Virus record (IMG/VR): IMGVR_UViG_3300048694_001005
Coordinates: 32,001-96,000 of that record
Length of the DNA: 64,000 bases
From: a virus
Strand: one strand, 5' to 3'
Below are positions 8,437 through 17,336 of the stretch, in pieces. Under the pieces are notes generated by a model, which had not been told where the DNA came from, ran no database searches, and saw only the letters and a program-made list of their open reading frames with translations. Every line of letters starts with the position of its first letter. The first letter of the stretch is position 1. Both the position numbers and the translations under genes were made by a program.

Positions 8437-9444
8437 TTAGTTAGGTATCAAAATTATTTGCCAATTAGCTGTTGCTTTTGTATTGCTGGTATCTACTGTT
8501 ACTCTAACATCTACATCTGTTTTTTGCGTCAGCTTCATGGGCACAGCAAAGTCATTACGATAAGGATTACCACCAGCCACTTCAGCGATAAAAGCAGCCA
8601 CAAAACTACCGCCAAACGGTCTCACCATCATTTTTAATAAAGTACCAACATTACCCGCACCAGAATGATAAGTTGTGCAATCACCATATAACACATAAGC
8701 ACTATAGTTTCTTGGCACCGTAAATTGACTTAATTTAGTGACGCCTAACCCTGCACCAATATGCGCAACTACCGTACCTACACCACTTGTTAGTCTGAAT
8801 GTAATTTCACCAGCATTTGCTGCCCCACTACTACTGCTGGTTATAGTTGCGGTCCAAATTCTAAGGAAGTTTTTAGTTGTAGCTACAGCACTGGTACCGC
8901 TTGTGGTTATGGTTTCAGTTTGATAATCATGGTTGGAATCTAAACCCTCAATGTAAATTGATTGACCGGTATCTGATACACTGGTAGAAATTACATATAA
9001 CTTTTGTGCACTACTCCAAGTTGCGAAAGGATAAATTCCACCTTCTACCCATATACTAGTTTCAATGTTTTGTGTACTATCCGGCAAATAAGCTGATCTA
9101 AGTACCGCACTGTGACTATCCACTAATCCACGAGCAACATTCATTTCATATGTACTGTCAGCTATTGTAATATCAGTTGCAGGATTTGTTATACTAACAT
9201 TGCCATCAACCGTCCAGGGGTCAGTACCCTGAAATGCAGTGACATTTCCCGATACAGGCAGGGTGTTGCCACTTATATTAACATTTCCCAAACTACCTAT
9301 GGCAACATTACCTATACTTACATTACCTACTATACTGGTATTAGTTCTGATATAAACATTACCCGTGGCTTCATCCAAAGCTAATGCTTGATTAACATTA
9401 CGCAAATACCAAGGGTTAACGTGATTTTCTTGTGGCGTAGTCAT
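8437..9444 (-). CDS. Virion structural protein (beta-rich)
   Basis: 335 aa, Thr/Ser/Gly/Val-rich, co-transcribed with the LamG protein. Confidence 0.55.
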   Translation of the reverse strand: MTTPQENHVNPWYLRNVNQALALDEATGNVYIRTNTSIVGNVSIGNVAIGSLGNVNISGNTLPVSGNVTAFQGTDPWTVDGNVSITNPATDITIADSTYEMNVARGLVDSHSAVLRSAYLPDSTQNIETSIWVEGGIYPFATWSSAQKLYVISTSVSDTGQSIYIEGLDSNHDYQTETITTSGTSAVATTKNFLRIWTATITSSSSGAANAGEITFRLTSGVGTVVAHIGAGLGVTKLSQFTVPRNYSAYVLYGDCTTYHSGAGNVGTLLKMMVRPFGGSFVAAFIAEVAGGNPYRNDFAVPMKLTQKTDVDVRVTVDTSNTKATANWQIILIPN

Positions 9445-9447
9445 GCG

Positions 9448-9747
9448 CTAACAATTCCATTTGCGCAGCGACTTATTAATTCTGCTGTTGGGATCACGCG
9501 CTGTTTTAGCACTGGTGCGCTTTTTCTTCATGCCGCTCATACGAGCACAGAAACTTTTGCGACGATTAGCTGCTTTAGATCCCCGTTTTAACTTACTGGG
9601 TTTAGTTGTAACCGCGGTCTGTAACTTACTGCCAGGATGACTGCGACGATAGCTGGCCACACCCCGTTTATTCAATCCACCACTGGGACTTTTACCAGCT
9701 TTAGTTTGCCAGGCTTCTGCTTCACATATGATTTCATTAATTTTCAT
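9448..9747 (-). CDS. Small highly basic conserved T4-like/cyanophage protein (DUF6321-like)
   Basis: GGLNKRGVASYR...RRKSFCARM...DPNSRINKSLRKWNC; N-terminus MKINEIICE. Confidence 0.7.
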   Translation of the reverse strand: MKINEIICEAEAWQTKAGKSPSGGLNKRGVASYRRSHPGSKLQTAVTTKPSKLKRGSKAANRRKSFCARMSGMKKKRTSAKTARDPNSRINKSLRKWNC

Positions 9748-9769
9748 AACCGTTTTCCCAGTATTCTAT

Positions 9770-9775
9770 TATTTA
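9770..9775 (-). promoter_or_regulatory. Late promoter TAAATA
   Basis: ATAAATAA 22 nt upstream of ATG 9747. Confidence 0.55.
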
Positions 9776-9777
9776 TG

Positions 9778-11172
9778 TTAATATGGCGTCTTTCTCGTCT
9801 TGGTGCCGTTGGCTGTCCTAGTGTGATAAACTGTACCAGCCTCCCAAGTACCATCCGCTCGCTGCTCAAAATACAAATGTTCCTCTATAAAGTCTTTAAC
9901 CTCAAACATATAATCGGCATTACTACCGGCTTCAACATCTATAGCACCAGCTATTATGGTATCCAAGCTCTTTATTCCCATCTCTAGGTTTTGGCCATAG
10001 GCTTCGTCGGCAAAATCTATTAACTGGCCAGGGGTAACTGGAATAGCTTCTAATATTTCGTACTGTGCTTGCGATACTTCTGGCCTAAACTCCAAATAAT
10101 TCTCGCGAGATCTAGAAACTGCGTCCCAATCAATATCTCCCTCTTCAGGATGGCCCTGGGGATATGCGTAATTTTGCCGCAAATATTTGTACCATTCATC
10201 GTCTTCGGTCTCAATCTCATTGATCTTTTGATCCAAATATTCACTGATGGCACGATACGCTGATTTAAGCAAGGGTGCTAACACCGTATCTGGCGCAAAA
10301 AATATACTGTTACGTATTGATGGATCAACTTGAAAGAAAAACTCAGTAAGATCACCAAATCTATCACGTATCAAATACAATGGGCTAACTGGCTCATCCT
10401 GCGCATCCATAAACTGTTCACTTTGTAGATGAACTTGATACTTTTCACCAGGATGTTGGGGTTTCTTGGGCAACATTACTAACAGTGGACCATCTTTGTT
10501 GTAATGATTGAAATAGTTTTGCCCACGTGTAGCTGCGGTACACCAACGTGTGCCACGTCCATAATAACAGGCCGCAGTTTGATCTTCCGGAATAATGATA
10601 CGTACTTGATCAGTATCTAACACCACTTGAGCTGTGCCACGATCCTGTACATCCTCCTCGGGAATTTCAAATTGATCCATAGTGCCCATGAATTCTTTGA
10701 ATGACGGATATCGATTTATGTCATTTAGCGGTGGCTTAATTAACCGACGTCTTTTCAACACACTGAGTTTGTATAAGTTTTCTTTTACCGTACTTAATAC
10801 ATCTTCAATCTTTACGCGGCTGTTGCTGTAAGTCTTGACTATCCACTGAACATATTCTTTATGTGGTGTGGGGTCAGCATCTTCCAATGTTTTGATTATA
10901 GCTATAACTAGATTTGGTTTAATTTTTTCCAGTATCTCTGGTGCAGTTGCTCTGTTAACTGTAATAAAAGATCCCAACACATCAAAACGTATTGTACGAT
11001 CGTGATAACGTTCAGGTTTGGCTGCCATATCAACTATGGTCCAGGCTCCATCCAAAGCTGCTGGCAAATTTAAAGTACCTTCATTACGGTGAAAAGCCGC
11101 TATAAGCTTGGCACCATAATTTTGTGCTGTTCGGTTTAGATCGTATTCCGCTAAGATTTCATGGGCTCGCAT
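9778..11172 (-). CDS. PcfJ-like domain protein, putative internal head protein
   Basis: IIIPEDQTAACYYGRGTRWCTAA...YFNHY...KYQVH. Start moved to ATG 11172 (MRAHEILAE), downstream of a terminator and a TAAATA. Confidence 0.65.
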   Translation of the reverse strand: MRAHEILAEYDLNRTAQNYGAKLIAAFHRNEGTLNLPAALDGAWTIVDMAAKPERYHDRTIRFDVLGSFITVNRATAPEILEKIKPNLVIAIIKTLEDADPTPHKEYVQWIVKTYSNSRVKIEDVLSTVKENLYKLSVLKRRRLIKPPLNDINRYPSFKEFMGTMDQFEIPEEDVQDRGTAQVVLDTDQVRIIIPEDQTAACYYGRGTRWCTAATRGQNYFNHYNKDGPLLVMLPKKPQHPGEKYQVHLQSEQFMDAQDEPVSPLYLIRDRFGDLTEFFFQVDPSIRNSIFFAPDTVLAPLLKSAYRAISEYLDQKINEIETEDDEWYKYLRQNYAYPQGHPEEGDIDWDAVSRSRENYLEFRPEVSQAQYEILEAIPVTPGQLIDFADEAYGQNLEMGIKSLDTIIAGAIDVEAGSNADYMFEVKDFIEEHLYFEQRADGTWEAGTVYHTRTANGTKTRKTPY

Positions 11173-11177
11173 CCGTA

Positions 11178-11183
11178 TATTTA
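11178..11183 (-). promoter_or_regulatory. Late promoter TAAATA, probably giving a leaderless transcript
   Basis: GCTAAATA-TACGG-ATG, only 5 nt before the start codon. Confidence 0.55.
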
Positions 11184-11198
11184 GCTTTAAGATCACAA

Positions 11199-11214
11199 GG
11201 CCCCTTTCGGGGCC
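11199..11214 (-). terminator. Intrinsic terminator-like hairpin
   Basis: GGCCCC-GAAA-GGGGCC directly after the stop of 11223..11450; weak U-tract. Confidence 0.6.
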
Positions 11215-11222
11215 AGTTTTAC

Positions 11223-11450
11223 TTAGGTCTTGCTTACAAACTCATTGAGCTTGCTAGCTTGAGCTATTACTGCATCAGCATCGGGAAAATCAGGTAAGTC
11301 CGGATACGGTGCCACACTGCCGGGGTTCCTGCCCACCTCAATTTGATACCGTTCACGTAATGCTTCACGCTTTTGGAAAATTGGTGTCGTTAAGATCTCG
11401 TTGGCCAATTTTAATAGATCGAGACGAATCTCGTAGGGTGTTTTGCTCAT
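11223..11450 (-). CDS. Small conserved T4-like phage protein
   Basis: MSKTPYEIRLDLLKLA...AVIAQASKLNEFVS; strong SD AGGAGG; has its own late promoter and terminator. Confidence 0.75.
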   Translation of the reverse strand: MSKTPYEIRLDLLKLANEILTTPIFQKREALRERYQIEVGRNPGSVAPYPDLPDFPDADAVIAQASKLNEFVSKT

Positions 11451-11495
11451 GATGCCTCCTTTCTGTGTGATGTGTGTATGCTACACGAGCCATGA

Positions 11496-11501
11496 TATTT
11501 A
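11496..11501 (-). promoter_or_regulatory. Late promoter TAAATA
   Basis: GCTAAATATC just downstream of a terminator and upstream of the 11450 ORF. Confidence 0.55.
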
Positions 11502-11521
11502 GCTGGTAAAATTTAGTCAAC

Positions 11522-11544
11522 AAAAAACCCACCGAAGTGGGTTT
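11522..11544 (-). terminator. Intrinsic terminator
   Basis: AAACCCAC-TTCG-GTGGGTTTTTT: cUUCGg tetraloop plus U-tract. Confidence 0.85.
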
Positions 11545-11561
11545 AGAGTTTTATTAATTCC

Positions 11562-12137
11562 TTAAATTAAATTTTTTATCTCGGCTGCTCTGTCACGTTT
11601 CTCGTATTCTTTTTGTTTTCGCATTTCCATATATTTACTGACAGCTATATATATTCCGCCCAAAATAACTGCTAGGGTTATTCCAGCCCAAACTATTTGT
11701 GCGCCTTTAGCCTTATCCAAATTTGATAATATTTCAAAAACCGTCATCATGTTTTCAAAGTCGGCGTCTGATGCGTATTGGGCGGATGATGGTAATATTT
11801 TTAACGTCCACCCCGCAAGTGTTCCTATGGATGCAAGAAATACACCCAAACCTATAACAAACTTATCAGCAAAATCTTCATTCACTTGTGCCTGTGTACC
11901 TGCTAGTTTTTGAAGTTTGGACGTAAATTCCTGTCCAGATTTGGAACTTTCTAATGCTTGTTTTATCTCAGGAAACATGCCTTTAGCTTGTTTCAAATAT
12001 GGTGCTAATTGCGGTAAATTCAAAGCCTGCATGGCAAATTTTTTAAGTGTGGGCAATATACTACTTAACATACCCTCATCCAACTGCTGACTTTCTTCCA
12101 ATATGTCTATATATCTGCGTAATAGTTCGGTACTCAT
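11562..12137 (-). CDS. Membrane protein with two predicted transmembrane helices
   Basis: FVIGLGVFLASIGTLAGWTL and IVWAGITLAVILGGIYIAVS; N-terminus MSTELLRRYIDILEE...LDEG. Confidence 0.65.
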   Translation of the reverse strand: MSTELLRRYIDILEESQQLDEGMLSSILPTLKKFAMQALNLPQLAPYLKQAKGMFPEIKQALESSKSGQEFTSKLQKLAGTQAQVNEDFADKFVIGLGVFLASIGTLAGWTLKILPSSAQYASDADFENMMTVFEILSNLDKAKGAQIVWAGITLAVILGGIYIAVSKYMEMRKQKEYEKRDRAAEIKNLI

Positions 12138-12154
12138 AACAATTCCCCTTTGTA

Positions 12155-12160
12155 TATTTA
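12155..12160 (-). promoter_or_regulatory. Late promoter TAAATA
   Basis: GCTAAATATAC followed by SD-like AAGGGG before ATG 12137. Confidence 0.55.
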
Positions 12161-12241
12161 GCAGGTTTTTGCTTTTTTACAACGGTCTCCGTGCCATCGA
12201 GCTACTGTTTTATTGTGTCGGTATGATATGTTTTCCTCCTT
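12158..12241 (-). pseudogene. Remnant of a homing-endonuclease C-terminus
   Basis: Translates as KEENISYRHNKTVARWHGDRCKKAKTC*, in frame behind the stop of 12242..13678. ARWHGDRCK resembles the His/Cys tail of phage HEGs (compare ARYHLDNCK in 26376..27440). Confidence 0.45.
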
Positions 12242-13678
12242 TTACTCAGTAATTTTTAATACTAAGTTACCGCAATCCCAAAATCTACGATACCCCGCCG
12301 CAAACATATTTTGACTTTCTGTTAATGTCATGCTAAAGGATGGTAGCCACTTGCTTAACTTTGTTTTTTGGCACCTATACCTACTTATAGGCACCGACCC
12401 ATCAGTCCAAAAGTAACCGGGGCCAGTTTTGTTTATTAACTGGAATCCCGCAGCGATATAACCAACTGCTTGACTTTTAGCGCGGTCACAATAGGTTACA
12501 ATGTTGGTTCCGTATTTTTGCTTGATAAATTTCAGCAACTTGCTTAATCCACCAACCACAGTGATCCCAGGCATAGAACAAAATCGTAATATTTCTAAGT
12601 CAAACTCTTTTGAAAACCTAGACTTACCAATTGTGATTAACTGTACTAATTCATTGTTGTGATATAATCCGACTGCTGCATGACACGCAACATATCCCTG
12701 TAAGTGGGTTGCTTCTAAAAACAACTTTTGCTCTTTAGTACCTACCAACTTGATCTCGCAGGATCGTGCAAAAATTCTGTTGTTTAGCCCTATTTTTGAT
12801 TTAATTATGCTCTTAACTATATCAGTTTTGTGATTCCATTCAAAATCAGTAATATGTAAAAGTGCTATTCCTTCTGCTTCGGCCGCTGACGTTTTGTCGA
12901 TGTGTCTTTGTTTATATTCTGGTTTATTGCCGTTGGGAGTCCAACTATGCCAATACAATCCATTTATCTCTATAGCTAACTTGTGTTCAGGCAAATAGAT
13001 ATCTAATTCTTTATTTCCCAAGATAGACCAATTGCCTAACTCATACTTTACTCCAAGTTCATCCAAATATTCTGCAACTCGTTTCTCCTCTAAACTATAA
13101 TTACTTCTACGTCGTATCTTAAATCCATGTCTCCTGCAGTATTCTGCTACAGTCCCATAATATATATTCAGCTCATCGGCGATGTCGACTAAACTCTTGC
13201 CTAATACGTTGTATTGTTCATTTAACCAAGAATAATCACCCAAGCACTGCGACGCTTTTACGGACATTTTACTTTTAGTCCAGATATGCTTTATATCTTC
13301 TCTCTGACTATTGAACTCCACTCCATATTTCATTAACATCGACTTTTGTCGTTGAGTATTAATCTCCATACGCCTGTCTGCGGAATATTTGGATTTTGTT
13401 AACGCGACCCGCGCTGATATACGTTGACTGGTGCAGGGGCATGACGACGCTGGGCCACATCCTGTAAATCCGGTTGATATGCGACCAAACTTTCGAATTT
13501 TTCCATTTGGGCATTTATTGGTTTGCTGATATATCGCGCTGTATATTTGTGCCGGCAATGATTCGTCAGTTACCAGTGTATTTTGTTTAATCCACTCAAG
13601 TAACTTTGGATCTTTTTTGATTGTCCTAACATACGTCTTGGCATTTTCATTAATTAGTTTAAGAATTTGTTCTCGCAT
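12242..13678 (-). mobile_element. Free-standing Hef-like PD-(D/E)xK homing endonuclease gene
   Basis: ELDIYLPEHKLAIEINGLYWHS...LLHI.D.EW; NRIFARSCEI...GGLSKL...TYCDR...RFWDCGNLV; lies directly downstream of the major capsid gene. Confidence 0.75.
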
Positions 13679-13723
13679 ACTCTTATATATGCTATAAAAT
13701 GTGGCGGCGTCAAATATTTTGGA

Positions 13724-13757
13724 AAAACAAAAGCCCCATTGACGGGGCTCTTGTTTT
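13724..13757 (-). terminator. Strong intrinsic terminator of the capsid operon
   Basis: AAAACAAGAGCCCC-GTCAAT-GGGGCTTTTGTTTT. Confidence 0.85.
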
Positions 13758-13783
13758 GCGTTTACTACTAGTTACAACAGAGA

Positions 13784-14962
13784 TTAACTGAATGTCAAGT
13801 TGCTGACAGAAATCTCGCCGAGGTAGTCTCCGGCATTTCCCAGCGAACTTGCGGTATTGGTCAATTCTATGTAGCCATATCTCGTCATAAAGCCAACGAC
13901 TGGTTCGAAGGTATTTGGATCCAGCACAACGCCGCTGCTCATCAATGGAATGTATGGGCAGTAGAATGCTGCTGCATCTGCTTCGCTGCTACCTTTGTAA
14001 CCAACAAGTACTGCGGTGCTATCACTTGCGTAGCTATCAACGTAAACTTTCATAGCGCCGTTCAGTGTACCAACGAACTTAGTGTTAGTTGGGGCTTCAA
14101 AGGTGCCTTCAGTTGTACGTGCAAAAGCCGAAGTAGTTGCGCTTTGTAGCACGGTTAGGGCTGTTGGGCTAACTACGCACCAGTTACCAGCGCCACGACG
14201 TGTACGTGCAGCGATCTTGTTTGCAACGCGGTTGATAAGAACAGCAAGTGCAGCGTGTTCATCACCAACGAAAGTTGCGGTACCGCTAACTGCGGCTTGG
14301 TTAAATGTTTCTTCAGTTGCTGCAAGGCTGCGCAAGCTGTTCAGGACTTCTTGGTCGATTTCAACCGTAATTTCCTGAGCCAATGCTGCCATGATTTCTG
14401 CTTCAACATCAAGGCCGTGCATAGCTTGTGCATCTTGTGCAGCTTCAAACGTCCAGCGAGCGCTCAACTTGCGTGTACGAGCTTCAACTGTCTGCTTGAG
14501 GATCTGCACGTTGATCTTACGACCAGGTGAACCTTCAAGAGCGGTTGTTGCGCTTGCGCGAGCTGTAGCTGCATCACCTGAGTAAGCAACTGCAATTTTG
14601 AATGGGCTCAGTGCTTCGTCACCGGCGGTTGTGTCGGTGTTTAAGCTGCTGGTGTCATTCATTGTCTCTGCATAACGAACACGCAGAGTGTGGATCTGTG
14701 CGATTGGACCAGTCATTGGCTGAACGCCAACGATTTCGTTCGCAATCACGGTTGGCATAACACGACGGATCACTGGAAGGATCACGCGATTTAGGGTAGC
14801 AACGTTACCTACTGCTGTTGCACCGGTGGTCGCAGTTTCCATCAAGTGTTTGCGTGTGTTTTCCAACACAACTGCCATACTCGTACGGCGTGAACCTTGA
14901 AGACCTTCTAACAGGGCTTCTTTTGTTTCACCCCAACGACTTTCTAGTAATGCTTTTGTCAT
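13784..14962 (-). CDS. gp23: Major capsid protein (T4 gp23-like)
   Basis: VILPVIRRVMP...IVGVQPMTGP; RKLSARWT.EAAQD...EITVEID.E; AFYCPYIPL...GFMTRYG. Confidence 0.97.
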   Translation of the reverse strand: MTKALLESRWGETKEALLEGLQGSRRTSMAVVLENTRKHLMETATTGATAVGNVATLNRVILPVIRRVMPTVIANEIVGVQPMTGPIAQIHTLRVRYAETMNDTSSLNTDTTAGDEALSPFKIAVAYSGDAATARASATTALEGSPGRKINVQILKQTVEARTRKLSARWTFEAAQDAQAMHGLDVEAEIMAALAQEITVEIDQEVLNSLRSLAATEETFNQAAVSGTATFVGDEHAALAVLINRVANKIAARTRRGAGNWCVVSPTALTVLQSATTSAFARTTEGTFEAPTNTKFVGTLNGAMKVYVDSYASDSTAVLVGYKGSSEADAAAFYCPYIPLMSSGVVLDPNTFEPVVGFMTRYGYIELTNTASSLGNAGDYLGEISVSNLTFS

Positions 14963-14984
14963 TTTTACTTTCTCCTTAATTGTA

Positions 14985-16088
14985 CTACTTTAGCCCTGCT
15001 AGACGCTTGAGTTCCACGACGTTACTGTCTGTGTTCTCTACAACCGTCTTAACAGCTTTGTCACCAGTCACTTCTTTACGGCTTTCTGCCAGTACTTGCT
15101 TATTAGCCTGTACTTCTGCAGGTTTACCGTTAGTTAGAACTGCTGGTAGATACTTGTCAAATGCGGACTTTAGCTTAGGAGTCTGCACTGATTCCAACAA
15201 CTCGCTCATTACACGTGCCTTATCTTTGGTTAGTGTGCCCAGCAATTCGTTCATAGTCTCCTTGCGTTCCATTAAATCTTTCTGAACGCGGATTTGTGAC
15301 TCTTTGCTTTCCACCAACTTAGTCTTAGCAGCGATTACTTTTTTACTTTCCGCAATGATAGCTTCCTGACCAGCAATAAGTTTATTAAGCTTACTGATCT
15401 CTGTGTTTTCATTTAGGTGAGTAACTGTAAATTCACTTGCAAAGGCTTCAAAAATGCGGCGACCAAACATATTTTCGCGAGCTTCTTTGATGTCTTTCTT
15501 GAACTGTGTAAGTTCAGCTCTTAGATTCTTGGCCACTGATTCCTTAACAATAGCTGCGCTCTGGGTCACAAATTTCTTTTCTAGTGATTCCAGTTGAGCT
15601 TTTGCGTTGGACATCAAGCGAACTTTGGTTTCAGCCAAATCGCGCTTGTCGATGGTGAACTCCTGAATCTCTTCAGCTAATTGCTTGATCACAAATTTCT
15701 CTAGACGAGCGATTGCTTCGTTTTGAGTTTTGCGATCTGCACGTAGTTCCTGAATTTCTTCAGCAAGTTTACCAGTCAAGAACTTGTTGAATTTACGACC
15801 AGTTTCCATTGCATGATTCTTAAATGCAACGCGGTCTTCCATCAACTTGCGCTTGTCTTCTGCAAATTCTTGCAACTCTTGTTTCAGACTTTCGGTCACC
15901 ATTTTGTCTAAAGCTTCAACCATAACCGACTTATCATGCTCGTAGTTTCTGGCGAATTCTTCACGTAGCTCGGCGCGGACCTGTTCACGGGTCTCTGCCA
16001 ACTTTGATTCCCAAGCTTCGCTAATAGCTTGCTTGGTATCTTCGTTCACCAATCCACTATCGATCAGGGGTTTTATCGCTTCTAGCAT
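14985..16088 (-). CDS. gp22: Prohead core/scaffold protein (T4 gp22-like)
   Basis: Long coiled coil lying between the protease and the MCP, with multiple [ILV]-x-E sites. Start moved to ATG 16088 (MLEAIKPL) with SD AAGGAG at 16100..16095. Confidence 0.85.
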   Translation of the reverse strand: MLEAIKPLIDSGLVNEDTKQAISEAWESKLAETREQVRAELREEFARNYEHDKSVMVEALDKMVTESLKQELQEFAEDKRKLMEDRVAFKNHAMETGRKFNKFLTGKLAEEIQELRADRKTQNEAIARLEKFVIKQLAEEIQEFTIDKRDLAETKVRLMSNAKAQLESLEKKFVTQSAAIVKESVAKNLRAELTQFKKDIKEARENMFGRRIFEAFASEFTVTHLNENTEISKLNKLIAGQEAIIAESKKVIAAKTKLVESKESQIRVQKDLMERKETMNELLGTLTKDKARVMSELLESVQTPKLKSAFDKYLPAVLTNGKPAEVQANKQVLAESRKEVTGDKAVKTVVENTDSNVVELKRLAGLK

Positions 16089-16687
16089 TTGGTTCTCCTT
16101 AATAGGACTTCTTGTAACCCTCTGTCCTGTTGGGTTATTCCGGTGTCGAGTTCTTGGGCACCGCAAATTCTCTTTTTGTTTTGCTTAGTTAATCTTTCTG
16201 TGTTACCAATTTTTAGACGTTGTTCGGGTGTAAATGAATGTCCTGGTTTACCTTTTCTGGTATTTCCTGATCTAATGCCATTTAATCGTACTTTTTCATT
16301 AGTTTCTTTCGTCAAACCTTTATTCCAAGCGACTCGACCTTTTTTAGATTTTGATAATTTATCTTTATGCCTCTGACTCATTGGTCCTTTTTGCTTACCA
16401 GACATTGAAAATTTTTTATCATTATTAGATTGGTTAAAACTTCTAGAATCGTTTTTGGCATCTAATAACTGTAGAATTTCACTTTCTAGTTCAATCATTT
16501 CGGACGGGCTACCTGTTGCAATTATATGTCGATACCACTCTTCTTTATTTTCTAAGATCATAGGTTTGACTAACTTGCTTGAACAGATGTAACCATCATC
16601 TGGATGGCAACCTCTTGCTGTTCGTGACCCCACATACCAATTCAACGTGGGTATGTGGGTCCATTTGTAAAGAAAAGCTGTAGTCAT
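16082..16687 (-). mobile_element. GIY-YIG (Seg-like) homing endonuclease with NUMOD3 motifs
   Basis: FLYKWTHIPTLNWYVGSR...GYICSS...E..IL...FN; MSQRHKDKLSKSKKG and AWNKG; inserted between gp21 and gp22 and overlapping both. Confidence 0.8.
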
Positions 16688-17322
16688 TTTAATTTCAGTT
16701 CGTTTATAAGTTTTAATACCGATTCTCTCAAATACTTTTGTACTCTTAGATCGGCACTAACATCCTTAGATGCTTCGATCACCCTATGTCCACCCTGCAT
16801 ATTCATCAACCCTTCAAATACAGGTTTAGGATAAGCATTTGGGGCACTGGGTTGTGCCACGATATCAACTGTTACTATTTCAAAGTTACGTACCTTGCCC
16901 GTGCCGTCATCAACTTCACCACTGCCACGTGAACTGACACCTAGTTTTACACCACAATCCAACATGGTTTTAACTATGTTGCCCATGGGTGTTGGAATAA
17001 TTCTCATTTTTCCAAAACCATTAGGACCATCCATCCACATTTTAGTAATTACGTGACTAACACGGTCTAAGTTAATTTTTAGGTCAGCTGGGTGATCTAC
17101 CTCGCCCAATACGCTGTGTCCTTTGGCAATTTGTTCGTTAATAAAATCTACTGCCTTGCTAATTTCTTCAACTGGGTAGATGCGTTTATTTTGATTCTCA
17201 ACCGCTGCCTGAATAAAGATACCTTTGAGAAAAAGATCCTTTCGTTCGCCAGTGCCCTCAGTCTCTAGTACTAAGTTTGCCTGGTCGAACGAAAGTTGTT
17301 CTCTAAGTAATGTTGTAGACAT
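16684..17322 (-). CDS. gp21: Prohead protease (T4 gp21-like)
   Basis: GIFIQA...NKRIYP...LGEVDHP...RVSH...LGVSSRGSG...IVTVDIVAQPSAPNA. Confidence 0.95.
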   Translation of the reverse strand: MSTTLLREQLSFDQANLVLETEGTGERKDLFLKGIFIQAAVENQNKRIYPVEEISKAVDFINEQIAKGHSVLGEVDHPADLKINLDRVSHVITKMWMDGPNGFGKMRIIPTPMGNIVKTMLDCGVKLGVSSRGSGEVDDGTGKVRNFEIVTVDIVAQPSAPNAYPKPVFEGLMNMQGGHRVIEASKDVSADLRVQKYLRESVLKLINELKLK

Positions 17323-17336
17323 GCTGGTCTTATTAC

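Noticed and set aside
11173-11196. TTG-start extension of the PcfJ-like ORF
   Set aside because: It spans the late promoter and abuts a terminator; ATG 11172 gives the shared N-terminal tag
13686-13713. Sigma70-like promoter (TTGACG...TATATA) for the Hef-like gene
   Set aside because: The -10 match is weak, so it is plausible but not supportable
14082-15285. Several plus-strand ORFs over the capsid and scaffold genes
   Set aside because: Antisense to clearly conserved genes, with no SD or recognisable motifs; the same applies to most other short nested ORFs in the track
16089-16166. 26-codon N-terminal extension of the scaffold ORF
   Set aside because: The strong SD lies before ATG 16088; the extension overlaps the endonuclease ORF and a structured leader
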